Assembly (NCBI RefSeq): GCF_037042905.1
Contig: NC_087252.1
Location: 10,418,001-10,482,000, forward strand
Reading direction: 5' to 3'
Length of the DNA: 64,000 nt
DNA from: Lytechinus pictus
Lineage: Eukaryota
Every line of letters begins with the position of its first letter. Position 1 is the first letter of the stretch. The position numbers and the translations under genes are program-made. Shown here piece by piece: positions 23,371 to 35,513 of this stretch. Below the pieces are notes generated by a model. The model was not told the origin of the DNA and made no database searches. It saw only the letters and a program-made list of their open reading frames with translations.

Positions 23371-24644
23371 CCTGGAGTTAAATTATACAAATGTTTAAGA
23401 GAGTTTGAGGGGAACCTATCGTACTCAAAGTGCCATGAATAGTGAACAAATATGTATGGCCGGCAGAGGAGGTGGTTGGAACTATGGTTCCCGAAGTGAC
23501 GTTGGAATTGGACTATTTTCCTGAGGGGCACAGCCCCAAAGGAAAATGGCCGCATTCGCGACCGATTGAACGCCGTATTTGATTTATATCCGTCATCGTA
23601 TTTAGATGCATCAGAAAGGAATGTATTATAGCTGAATGAATGGCAATCTTTGAGAGAGAATTTTTATTAGCTTCGGTGAGGCCCTGGCCTGGCTTGATCG
23701 CGCATCGTACGTGTGCATGAGTTTGGGTAAAGCCCCTCCCACACGTAAATAGTTTTTGAACTATTTACGTCTGACATCACGGCTCGGGTACCATTCCCAG
23801 GTTGTCACATCAGATGCTGGGATTCATGGCATTTTTGCCAATTTTGTGACATTGGTGGGAACTACCTTTGGTCACATGACAAGGTTTAGACCAATCATCT
23901 GTTTAGATTATTATTATGACGGATATGATATGAAATATACGTGGCTTTGAGGAAGTAGAGCAGGAATTATTTGTCGAGGTTGGACTGGCAATAACTATTA
24001 TTTCCTCAAGTAATTTTGCCAGTACATCAAAGGATGAATAACTCCCTCAATTTTTCGAAATAAAGACCTGGTATATTGACAGATCTTGATAATCTAGTCC
24101 TCATAGGTCATTCCTAATCTGAACCAATACATAGATAACGTGTTGCGCTTGCAGAACCCATTGCGATGACTGACCTACTTTTCCTGAAGCCACGCACTCA
24201 GCGGAACCAGATTATTGCCTGCGCCGTCACGTGACTTGCCCAGTAGAGACACCTCCCTGACCGGCGCGTCAGAGACTGCACGATCTGTGATGTCAGTAAT
24301 GGAATAGTGCACTATTATTTGATGTCACAGAATATTTAGCAAATTTTTTTCATGAGGCGTTTTTGTTACAAGAGCATAGCTAGAATATGTTTGATCTTGT
24401 GAACCAAACATTATACTACTGTATGTGCAGGTTTTACTTCATTTAGGATATAATTGCATATTGAGGGCACTCATAGAAAGTATTTAGGAAGCTAATTGGC
24501 CCCTCTCAGTTTAGAAAGAAAAAAAAATGGTTTTTATCCAACAGGGATTAAAAATTTTACATTTAATAATCAGTTGTTAATTTTAGATTTGGTAGCATGA
24601 ATATCAATCTCCTTGCCTTTTTACTGTTCCTTTTGTATTTGCAG

Positions 24645-25172
24645 GATGCATCATTGTCAGCCGTGAAAGTCGGTAACCAGAAGATGATATCTCTGACCTT
24701 CCAGGACGTCCTGAACTCTCTTATTACGCCCCAAGAAAGTGATTCCTCTGCAGGGCACAAAGAATCTTCAGGAAGCACTCCTACCTCTAGTAAGGTCGCA
24801 GGTCACCAGAACACAGATAATCAGGACGTCAGCAGTCAATCAAAAGGCTGGACGGCTGTCGAAGGAAAGGCAACGCAGCAATCGCTCATCACTCCAGAGT
24901 TGTTGAAATCACTGAAAAAAAGGGGAAGGGAGAGGACCAAGGGTAAAGACAAAAAGGGGAAAGGAACCAAGACAGGCCGAAAGGGCAAAATGGTCATCTC
25001 CATTTACAGAAAGAATTCCATGGTACGGGTCATCTCTTCCAAGGATCTACCTTACCTGTGTGGCAATTGTGGGTCGGCCTTCACCCACGCGAGCGTGCTG
25101 AAAGAACATGTCGAATCGAAACACAACTACTATGAGCCCCTGGAGATAAATACAAGTGAAATCGTGTCAGAG
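24645..25172 (+). CDS. THAP + C2H2 zinc-finger protein, exon 4 (basic patch plus isolated C2H2 finger)
   Basis: Pyrimidine tract followed by ttgcag|GAT. Encodes YLCGNCGSAFTHASVLKEHVESKH. Donor GAG|gtgatt (phase 0). Confidence 0.88.
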
Positions 25173-25552
25173 GTGATTATTTTTTATACATTCAAATGAG
25201 TCCCGATGCAACGGGAAAAAATAGTAGAAATTATACATGTTTTCTCCAAAAGGCATGGAACAATTTTATTTATTTGAAATGCAGTTTGAATGCAGCATGA
25301 GTTGCAAGAAATATGTCTTTATTCTAGCTAAATTTTTGCTCTGCTCCATGTCAAGATCAAAGTCCAGTAGACTACTATGCTTACTCAGCCCGGGAACTGT
25401 TAACAGTATGAAAAGTGCAAGATGAAATATATGGCCCAATGAAACTTTTGATTTCTAATAAAAAAAAAAATATATTTCTATAAAGGAAGATACAACGTAA
25501 ACAAAATTTGAACATTTTAGGCCTTCCATAATTTTGGCACAGATTGAGACTA

Positions 25553-25972
25553 GGACACCGTTCTCATTACGCTTTCTAAAACTAGTTTACTGGAAACCGA
25601 TGCAGGAAACCAGTTTGGAAGATCGCTTTGCTAGTGTTCCCACTTGATCACACAAAAGTGGTTTTCAAGATCACTTCACATAAAGCGATCTTGTTGCTAT
25701 GAAAACACTCTCAGTAGGGTGACACGCTTCGCGCAAAATTAGAAACCGCAGCGTAGGCAGTCTACACCTGTCGTGTGGAGTAGCTGGCTCAAAATGTGCG
25801 AAGATCCCTTCCCGAAGAATGGTTGTTACCTCACGCTAAAACCAGTTTTACGAGGCAAAGTATTCTTGAAAATTACATCGCGAGGTGGTTTTATGAACCG
25901 GTTTGGAAGATCTCTTCGACCTTTCTCATTACACGTTAAACTAGTTTTAGGTAGGTAGTCAGAACGGTGACC
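25553..25972. mobile_element. MITE nested in a Harbinger-like MITE remnant
   Basis: TIR GGACACCGTTCTCATTAC..CTAAAACTAGTTTA / TAAACTAGTTTTAG..GTAGTCAGAACGGTGACC. Confidence 0.65.
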
Positions 25973-26113
25973 ATGGCCCAAGTTAAACCAAACATCAGAC
26001 TATTGGCCTAAGAGTATAGATCAGAATTTGGCACTTTGCCAGCAGATGGTATTAGGATAGGACCATTTCCCATACCTGTTGGTTTGACAGTCAAGTAACA
26101 AATTTATCAGTTA

Positions 26114-29100
26114 TAATCAGGGTACTAATGGATAATTCGTTTTTCATTCCCGATTTTCGTAGAGCAAAAACGGAAGTCAACCTCATGGATTGGTCTGTGA
26201 AAACACAAAAACGAAATCACAACGAGAAAAACCCCGTTGTGATTTCATTTTTGGAGATCAAAAACAGAAGAATGAAATCAGGAATACTTTTGGTCCTCTC
26301 TGATACCTCATTCTATACCTGTGTTTGTTATATATCAAAAACAAAATCAGAACACGCTTTCTACCCCCTGATTCTGTTTGGAAAAACGCAGACAGCGAAA
26401 ACGAAATTGGGTACCGCTTTCCACTTCCTGCTCTGTGATTTTGTCTTTCGCACAGCCAACAGCCACACCGGCAGGAAGTAGTCTGCTATGCAGACTCTGA
26501 ACTCGACTCGGGCAATCAGATAAACACTAGCTTGACCGCGTATCCAAACTTATGGAACCTGTCTTAGGCAACAAGATAGACACTAGCTTGACCCGGTGCA
26601 TGCACATTTAGGGGGCTCAAATTAACAAAATTAAAGGGAATAAAGGGATATTTATCGCATTTTTAAAATTAAAATAAAGTATATCGAAATACGTTATACA
26701 CACGATGCAACAAAAATTCACGTTAACATGGCTTTTTCCAGCGTTTTCGGACCTTCACAGACAGTGGCGTAGCTAGGGTTTTTTCCCGGGGGGGGGGGGG
26801 GGGGCAAGGGGAAATAAAAGAAAATGAAGGAGGCAGCGAAATTAGATGAATAAAATATTTTTTAAAATACATGGATACTTGCTATGATGTAAAAATCTAT
26901 CACATAATTATAATTTTATTTCAAAATGCCATTTTTCTTCTGGCTCGCTTCGCTCGCTGGCGACTTATTTTTAATACAAATTTTCCCACATATGCTATGG
27001 TGTGCCCCCTCAAAATATTTAGATGATTACGGTACACAACTGCATTGATTGATTGATTGATTGATTGATTGATCGACTAAATTTCCAAAACGACTATCAC
27101 ATAATTATAATTTGATTTCAAAATCATTTTAAAAGACAGGGAAATAAATTAAAGATTTAAAAAAAGGCAAACAAAAGCGAGTGAAGGTAGAATGGAATGA
27201 GGCAAAATCTAAATTGGAAAAAAAAAAACAAGATATTACTACCGGGCTGATGAGGATTGAAGATAACGAGCGGGAAAAAGATGGATGGTATATAGCATAA
27301 TTTCGTATGAAAGTCTATTATAAAGTTGCTCAATATTCAAAGCTACCGGGGGCTCTGTCCAAGAGTCAAGACCCCGTGCAGTGGAGGCTCTTAACCTCTA
27401 ACTTTTAAAGGGCTCTATAACGGCCCCCTATATGGACCCTTCCTGCATTAACCTTTGCGTTGAAGCACTGGCGTACGGGGGCGGGGATAGGTTCCACAGC
27501 CAAGGGGAAATAAAAGAATATGAAGGAGGCAGCGAAATGAGATGAATGAAATAAAAAAATATAAGACATGATATTTGCTATGATGTAAAAATCTATCACA
27601 CAATTGAATTTTATTTCAAAGGGCCATTTTTCTGGCTTCTGGCTCGTTTCGCTCGCTGGCGACTTTTTAAAAAATTTCTTACATTTGCTATGGTAGGCCC
27701 CCTCAAAATATTTGGATGATTACGGTACACAACTGCAGCACTGAATTTATGTGTAGTGTGAAAGCTGTATAAATATACACGCAATTTGATAAAAATTCAA
27801 GTGGCCATCTGTAAGGTTTAAAATGGCTTTAATATCAAGAGGTTCCGGGGCTCCACCCCGGACCCCACTCATAAAGCATTGTTGTATGAGTTTGGACCAT
27901 GGCCCCCAGAAGTTCTACAACCAAACAAAAAAAGAGGAAAGAAAGAAAAGCAAAGGAAAAGTGTTTAATATTTTTCTGAATATCACGTCAAAATCTATCT
28001 TCATGTTAGATTCTCATGAAAAGGTATTTTTTCTATCTCGCTCGCTTCGCTCGCTCCGGACTTATATTAAGCTACTTCTTGCCATAAGCGCCATACTGGG
28101 CACTCTCGAGCATTAGGGCTTCGCCCTGATGGGCACAATCATAACAAAAATCCTTTTCACCGTGGCGTACAAAAGATATTATATTATCTTTTAACACTAC
28201 GTCAAAATCTATCACAAAATTGGATTTTTGCCATTAAAATGTCAAATTTTTTGCTCGATCGCTCCGCTCTCTCGCATAAATATGTTTTTGTCCAATACTC
28301 CATAATATCGCCCCCTCAAAATTTTTGCCTTTTGACTCCATTGCCTGCTTTATGATGTGACCGGGAAATTCTCGGTTCTTGCCCCCCCCCCCCCCCAGCC
28401 ACCGACCCCTGTTACGCCACTGCATGCAACGGGTCAAGCTAGTGTTTATCTGGTTGCCCGAGTCGAGTTCTAGAAATGAGGATACGTGGTTACCCCGGCT
28501 AGGCCGTCAGGATATCTCTGGGGGCCCCAATAAAAATACTTTTTTTTAAATTGAAAAATGCTTGAAATAGCCCAATATTCATTTAATTTTGTTAATTTGA
28601 GCCCTCTAAAGGTGCATGCACCGGGTCAAGCTAGTGTCTATCTTGTTGCCTAAGACAGGTTCCATAAGTTTGGATACGCGGTTTCCCCGGCTAGGCCGTC
28701 GGGATATCCCTGGGGCCCCTTGAAAAATTACTTTATTTTAATTTTAAAAATGCGATAAATAGCCCTTTATTCCCTTTAATTTTGTTAATTTGAGCCCCCT
28801 AAATGTGCATGCGCCGGGTCAAGCTAGTGTTTATCTGATTGCCCTAGTCGAGTTCAGAGTCTGCATAGCAGACTACTTCCTGCCGGTGTGGCTGTTGGCT
28901 GTGCGAAAGACAAAATCACAGAGCAGGAAGTGGAAAGCGGTACCCGATTTCGTTTTCGCTGTCTGCGTTTTTCCAAACAGAATCAGGGGGTAGAAAGCGT
29001 GTTCTGATTTTGTTTTTGTTATATAACAAACACAGGTATAGAATGAGGTATCAGAGAGGACCAAAAGTATTCCTGATTTCATTCTTCTGTTTTTGATCTC

Positions 29101-29240
29101 CAAAAATGAAATCACAACGGGGTTTTTCTCGTTGTGATTTCGTTTTTGTGTTTTTACAGACCAATCCATGAGGTTGACTTCCGTTTTTGCTCTACGAAAA
29201 TCGGGAATGAAAAACGAATTATCCATTAGTACCCTGATTA
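26114..29240. mobile_element. Young 3.1-kb long-TIR (Academ-like) non-autonomous element containing hAT-type MITE sequence
   Basis: >400-bp near-identical TIRs beginning TAATCAGGGTACTAATGGATAATTCG. 4-bp TSD GTTA (26110-26113, 29241-29244). Interior 26762-28422 is bounded by CAGTGGCGTA / TACGCCACTG and holds an (ATTG)n microsatellite at ~27044-27072. Confidence 0.88.
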
Positions 29241-30189
29241 GTTATATACATTTGCATTGAATTGACATGTTTAAAGTTTCGAAAACTCAAAAGCATTTTA
29301 TAATGAGTATTTTCACCGTAAAGAGGAAGTATTACTAACTAATCACATAAATACCTTTCCTTTTCCAAATAGTGCATGAGGTTTGCAGAAATCAGCCCTC
29401 AAAAATGATATATTTTCAGTCCATATTTCCATCTTCTTCAGTCCTCCGTCGAGCTCCCATGTGAGTGACGTCACACCAAGAGCACAGCTGACAGCAGCTA
29501 ATACTTGTGTCATTCACTTTGCTAATATTTTTGTGTCTATTTCAAACTGTGTCTGTATGATGGGATGTCCAAATCTTTGACATCTAAAAATGTTCATCAG
29601 GCTAACATTCATTCACAAATATATAAGATATAATACTTACCAAACCAAAGTGACAGCAAGACCGTAAACTAAAAATTTAACGAGTAGATCAAGACAAGGT
29701 TAAGAAGTAATTACGATCGTACAGTACATGTGATTAAAAACCGTTAAAAAAGTATGATCTCACTTTGTGGAAAACAGTTTTAAAAAAACAAAAGGTCAAG
29801 CTCAGAAGACTGCTAGAATTGGTCAGTAAATCCAGAAACCAGAAATCGAATATCTAATTTACATGGAAAAATCGTAAAAATCTAAGGGGAAAAACAAAAG
29901 GGCAATTGAAATGCACGCATACAGTGTTTCGATTGCTAATTGTGAGACGGTATCATTGAGGCTGTCTGATCATGTATATGTCTGTGTTTTCAGCAAGCTG
30001 AGAAGGGCCTCTTATTGCATTTTTCACTTTTCTATGACATCTATAAAGACTTAAGTGACATATTTGTGAATTACAAGACAAGACCTTTCCATACATATAT
30101 AACTTGTCTATAATTATCACTTATGAATTTTAAAGTTTGTGCATTAATTATTGGACTAACAATATCCTTTTCTCTATCTTTCATGAAAG

Positions 30190-32325
30190 GTTGTCACTCA
30201 TCGAGAGTTTCTGAAGGAAAACCTCAAAACAAAAGACCAGGTCAAAGAACTTCAAAAGATGTATCCCAAACCAGAATCTAGTGCTGTGAGCAAAGGGAGT
30301 GAACCTAGATGGTTTGAGAAGGTTGAACAATCAAACTCCCCTATTCCCGTGGCTGAGTCGGAGGTTGATGACCCGATTGGTGATGATGCTAGCGATCTTG
30401 GTGACGACCAGGATGTCGGTGGAGATTCACCTCGGGAGATTCCAGGTACGAAGAAGCGTAAACGAAAGAAACCCTACAAGAAAAGGCACAAAGAAAGATG
30501 TCATAGGTGTCCAGTGGTCTTTACTACTCTGGCCCAACGTAAGCAGCATTTGACTGAGGTGCATAGTGAATTCCAAACCCGGGAAGATGCAAACAATATG
30601 TGGAAGAGTAAAACCGGTATGTCGGCTGACGAAATATTCAAGTGCTTATACTGTGACACCTACTTCATTAGCGCCGAGGATGCAGAAGGGCACCTGAATA
30701 AGCATTGTGGTTTAGATGGGACCAAATGTGAGACCTGTAAGGAAGGAATTAAGTTGTGGCATGAAGGAAGAAATATGGAGCTAGAGCAGCTGCATAGAAG
30801 ATATGAAGGCCTAAGAGAACAGGATAAGGATAAAGATGAAGCTTTGAAGGAGACTGAAGGTGCAGAACAGAAAGATGATGAAGGAGCCTCTGTGAACAGC
30901 AAGGGAGAGGTAAATGCTGAAGACCTCATCAGACAGTCTTTGGAACGGGTCAAGAGAATTTCAAACAAGCACTACGTCATTGCCAAATGCTTTGACTGTA
31001 ATGAAGAGTTCTTCCTACGCAACCATCTGCAGAATCATTACAGAATGCATGAGAAGTTCACCTGCAAAGAATGTGGGGAGGAATGCAAAACGATGACAGA
31101 CTACCAGAATCACCTTGAGGTGGTACATAAAGTTGGTCTATGCCCTTGTCTGTACTGCCCAAAGAAATTCCCCAACATGGGAAAACTGAATTATCATATG
31201 CTAGGTCACCTTGGTATGTTTAGGTGCATTTTGTGTGGAATAACCCTGATGTCTAAACAGTCCCTTGAAAAGCATATCCAAGCAGCGGTAAATGACCCAG
31301 ACCACATACGCCAAAAGGTTAATGAGGACCAAGTCACATACTCCTCCTCTAATCCCTTCATTGTACGAAGCGAGGAAGGAGCATATGTTCAACAGAGAAC
31401 CTATCGTCGTCGCCTACCCGTAGCGAGAAGCATTCCCTGTAAGTTCTGTGATCGACAATTCGGCTACATCCATGGTCTACGTAGGCATATGCGATCATCT
31501 CACCCGAAGGAGGAGGTGCCTATGCCGGACGGGCCAGGCTTCTGCTGTGAGCAATGCGGTTTAGTCCTAGCAACAAAACAATCCTTTAGGTTGCACCTTC
31601 AGACACATAACAAGAGCACCCATCCTTGTCCTAAACCTGGCTGTAAAGCGGTGTACTCAAACAAATACTCCTTGAGATACCATTTGAAGTTACACAATAA
31701 TACCACCAACCCCATTGGACGCAGGTTCAGGTGTGAAATCTGTAGCGGATCATTTAAAACGCAGCAATACCTTGACATGCATATGAGGACTCATAGCGGG
31801 TTGAAGCCGCACACTTGTAGATTTTGTCAGAAGAGCTTCCGCAACGTCACTCACATGGTGTACCATGAAAAGCGCATGCACACAGGTCAGCTGGATCATG
31901 TATGTGAGGTCTGCAGTAAAGGCTTTGCTGACCCTTCAACCCTGAAGGTTCACTTGAAGATCCATTCCGCTGATAGGCCATTCGTATGCAAGTACTGCTC
32001 AAAGACCTTCCAAACAGAGCTCTACCTCCGCGCCCACGTACGAGTCCACACCAAACCCTTCAAGTGTTCCCAGTGTGGTGAGGGCTTCTCCCAGCAAGGC
32101 GCCAGGAGGAATCATCTCCTAAAAGTCCATGGTATCAATATGCCGATGAGCAGAAGCAAAGTTAGGCATCCCACTCCAGATGAAGCAGAGCGATCAGATG
32201 AGGGCAGTGCTGAGACAGAAGAAGAGATGGAATTAGAGGATATGGATGTGAGCGACACACTTGTCATCACTGCTGATAGTGGAGATAAAGAGATGATTTC
32301 TAAGATATTAGCAGGCATGTACTGA
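30190..32325 (+). CDS. THAP + C2H2 zinc-finger protein, exon 5 (last; multi-C2H2 array)
   Basis: Acceptor aaag|GTT at 30190 is in frame with the 688-aa ORF. About 15 C2H2 fingers with HSGLKPH / HSADRPF linkers. Stop TGA at 32323-32325. The five exons splice to 1123 codons plus stop. Confidence 0.95.
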   Translation, partial: VVTHREFLKENLKTKDQVKELQKMYPKPESSAVSKGSEPRWFEKVEQSNSPIPVAESEVDDPIGDDASDLGDDQDVGGDSPREIPGTKKRKRKKPYKKRHKERCHRCPVVFTTLAQRKQHLTEVHSEFQTREDANNMWKSKTGMSADEIFKCLYCDTYFISAEDAEGHLNKHCGLDGTKCETCKEGIKLWHEGRNMELEQLHRRYEGLREQDKDKDEALKETEGAEQKDDEGASVNSKGEVNAEDLIRQSLERVKRISNKHYVIAKCFDCNEEFFLRNHLQNHYRMHEKFTCKECGEECKTMTDYQNHLEVVHKVGLCPCLYCPKKFPNMGKLNYHMLGHLGMFRCILCGITLMSKQSLEKHIQAAVNDPDHIRQKVNEDQVTYSSSNPFIVRSEEGAYVQQRTYRRRLPVARSIPCKFCDRQFGYIHGLRRHMRSSHPKEEVPMPDGPGFCCEQCGLVLATKQSFRLHLQTHNKSTHPCPKPGCKAVYSNKYSLRYHLKLHNNTTNPIGRRFRCEICSGSFKTQQYLDMHMRTHSGLKPHTCRFCQKSFRNVTHMVYHEKRMHTGQLDHVCEVCSKGFADPSTLKVHLKIHSADRPFVCKYCSKTFQTELYLRAHVRVHTKPFKCSQCGEGFSQQGARRNHLLKVHGINMPMSRSKVRHPTPDEAERSDEGSAETEEEMELEDMDVSDTLVITADSGDKEMISKILAGMY

Positions 32326-33143
32326 AGCAGGTTAAAAGGTCAAGCCACGGTAGCCACCCCCAACAGAATGTCAAGTTGAATAGAGAAAAATGAAACGAGC
32401 AATATGAAATATATCAATTTTTACAGATTCAGTGATAGATAGCTCTTTACAAGACAAATGAAAAATATAATAGCAATTAACAATTTCGTAAGGGTTCTAA
32501 CCTGTTTTTTACTTATTTTCAGGAAATACATATATGATATCATGGGGTTGCTCATTTGCTTATTGCTCATGAAGTGCATCACTTTTTCATGAAAATAAAC
32601 CAAACTTTAAAATCCTGTGTTTTTGTCACTTCAGGTACAATATCATTTCTATGAAACTGTCTGTCATATGCTTATTTGATTTTTATATAATCATTCAACT
32701 CAAGTTTGTGTTGGGGTAGACTTGCGCAAGCCTGAACTCAACAACAAAATTGTAATGAAGCATTTTGTACACCTTGAAATATGGTGAATCCTATTTATAT
32801 AAAACAATGTTGTTGAGCAGCTAGTCTTTATACACATGTTCAGTTTATAAAGCACACGTTTAAATTGGAAGTGAGGGAGAAAAAAGTTATGGGTTTTTAT
32901 TAATTGTCCAAGTTCAAATCTGTATTGTATTTCCTTTTCTCTTTTCTTTAATTTGTTCTAATGTGCACTGCAATGAGCAAATCATATTTATAATTATTCT
33001 CCATTACTATTATAATAATAGTCAGGTGGCCTTTTTATACAAGATGTTGTGAAAGTGCTTACAGAGTTTCTATTTTATATATTGTTTTTTTTTAGGGGGG
33101 GGGGTGAAAAAGTAGCTACCTTTATGTTGCAGGTTACTCGTCT

Positions 33144-33385
33144 GGGCCCCGTCTTACAAAGAGTTACGATTGATCTGATATGGAAATCCATCAATGTAAT
33201 GATTTTTTTCTTTAGAATGTCCTTTGTAAGCAAAAAGAAGCACACTGAATTTTCAAGAAAAATGTGAATATACATCGTATCTAGAAAATATTCTAAACAA
33301 ACCTGTATTTTAGATGTTGACGTTGCTGGCTTTCCAAAGTTGTGGTTGATTTGATCAATTGTAACTCTTTGTAAGACGGGGGCCC
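33144..33385. mobile_element. Harbinger-like MITE, GGGCCCCGTCTTACAAAGAG family, copy 3
   Basis: Same TIRs and interior as 7831-8103 and 8309-8577. Confidence 0.85.
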
Positions 33386-33973
33386 AGTTATACCGATGAA
33401 ACAAACTCCAAACCAAATGATGTCATTGGAAATAACTTAAATCAATTTGTCTTTGGTCTGGAGTCTGTATGGTTGGTGTGATTGATTCTTGCTGCAGTGT
33501 CCTCATTCCGGGGGGGGGGGGGGGGGGGGGGGTACTCACGAAATAAGGCATACAGGGATGTGCTGCTGGAATGGGTCGCTTTTTTTTTAAAAGAAATCCT
33601 CAAACATGGGGTATGGTTTTATGCTGGAAAATCCCTGAACATGGCCCCAATTTTTAGATACTGGCTTTAATCATGGGTCCATATTCTCCAATTTTGGGTG
33701 ATAATGGATACCTTTTTAGCCCAAAATGACCCGTAAATTTCTAAGTATCCCCCCCCCCCCCGCCTTATTCACTATCGTATGAAAATTTGCTTGATGAATC
33801 TAATTCAATGTAAAAAAAAAATGATTGTTGGCTAAACTGTTGTACCAAATTCCGATATATACCGAACCCTAGATTTGCCAAACCAGGCCAACCAGAATTT
33901 GATGACTGGGTGATAATTAAAAAAAAAATGCAACAGGATCGTATGGTCGTCATACTTATTACAGTCACATTAA

Positions 33974-34626
33974 CCCTAAAAGAGCCAGGTTATTTGGACC
34001 CCTCTCACAGCCTGGGAGGGGGGAGATTCCTCCCCCCCCCCCCCCCCCCCCCGAGATCTCGTCATTCGAGCGCCGCGAAAATTTGCACATTGGTAGTGTG
34101 CGATATAATCTACAAGGTTGTGTATGGTTAAATTTTTTTTAATAAGATTTTTCATTTAATGAATAAATTATGCTAAACTATGCATGAAATAAAACATTTG
34201 CTCGAATCAACTATCATATGACCCCAAAACTGCTATTTTTTTTTTTAACAGGCTCTTTGTAGGATTCCGATCAAATGTACTTCAAAAAAAATTTGGTATC
34301 GCAATTTTTTTCTTACGAAGTGTTAATTTGTTTTTCCTTTTTTTTTAATGGAAATTGTTGCAGACCTAATTCTCATCATAAACAAGACAGAATTAATTAA
34401 GTTTAATCAGTAAAAGTAGAAATAATGATACATGTACATTTATGAATTTTGGCTAAATACACAATTTGCATTAGATTTGCACACAAATTCACGTCTTTGA
34501 GCAGTTTTGGGGTCTGACATGCACTTATGTTGCGTAATTTCGTAACCGCTTACCTGGGCATTGCAAATTTGGTCTCAAAAGTTGTGCCAGATTTTAAAAA
34601 TAAAAAGTGAGCTGGGCCTTTTAGGG
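33974..34626 (+). mobile_element. piggyBac-like MITE
   Basis: TTAA-CCCTAAAAG...CTTTTAGGG-TTAA. Interior is homologous to 52647-53412. Confidence 0.8.
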
Positions 34627-34904
34627 TTAAGCTTCCTACCTGTCATTACTTCACATACTCAAGTCTTGAAAAATTACTATCTTTTCCTGGTAATATTTCA
34701 ATTAGTTTTTTTTTTTAGTCAACAACTGGCCATAGAAGTACACAACTTTTTCCTGTTAAACAGTCTTTTTGGACCGTGCATGTAATGATGTGATTATTGA
34801 GAGATTATGTCTCAAAGAAAATAATCTATGAAAAAGAAATGCTGCAGAAATGTGTCATCTTTGCTTGTGTGACATGAAGCATAGCAATGCATCATTTAAC
34901 TTAC

Positions 34905-35513
34905 TTAAGGACAAGTCCACCCCAGAAAAATGTTGATTTTAATAAATAGAGATAAATCAAACTAGCATATAGATGCTGAAAATTTCATCAAAATGGGATC
35001 ATTGTAAAACAAGAAAGATATGACATTTTAAAGCTTCGCTTATTTTTCACAGAACAGTGATGTTTACAACTCAGTGGCATGCAAATGAGACAGTCGATGT
35101 CCCTCACTATTTCTTTTGTTTTTTATTGTTTGAATTATACATTATTTCATTTTTTACAGATTTGACAATAAGGACCAATGTGATTTAACCATATGGTATT
35201 AAACAATTCTAATTCCACATGTTCAGGGAGGAATAAATAATTGTTTCATTGAAAATGAGGAGAAAATTGGAAAATATCATATATCATGTGATAAAATACA
35301 AAAGAAATAGTGAGTGGGTGACGCCATCAGTCTCCTCATTCGCATACTGACCTGGATGTGCATATAACTATTTTGTTAAATTTAAATGAACTTCAAAATG
35401 TGGTAAGTTTCTTATTTTAAATCCGATTTTGATGAATCTTTCAGTGTTATGCTTGTTGGATTTTTCTCTTTTTATTCAAATCAACTCTTTGTTGGGGTGG
35501 ATTTGTCCTTTAA
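34905..35513. mobile_element. TTAA-target (Kolobok-like) MITE
   Basis: TTAAGGACAAGTCCACCCCA / TGGGGTGGATTTGTCCTTTAA. Confidence 0.75.

Noticed and set aside
26128..26481. 117-aa ORF duplicated on the opposite strand at 28873-29226
   Set aside because: Both lie in the TIRs of one element. There is no recognisable domain, and the duplication is explained by the inverted repeat.
33508..33532. Long G/C homopolymer runs throughout the window as G-quadruplex regulatory elements
   Set aside because: They mostly fall at MITE subterminal positions and are family features. Their lengths are also prone to sequencing error.
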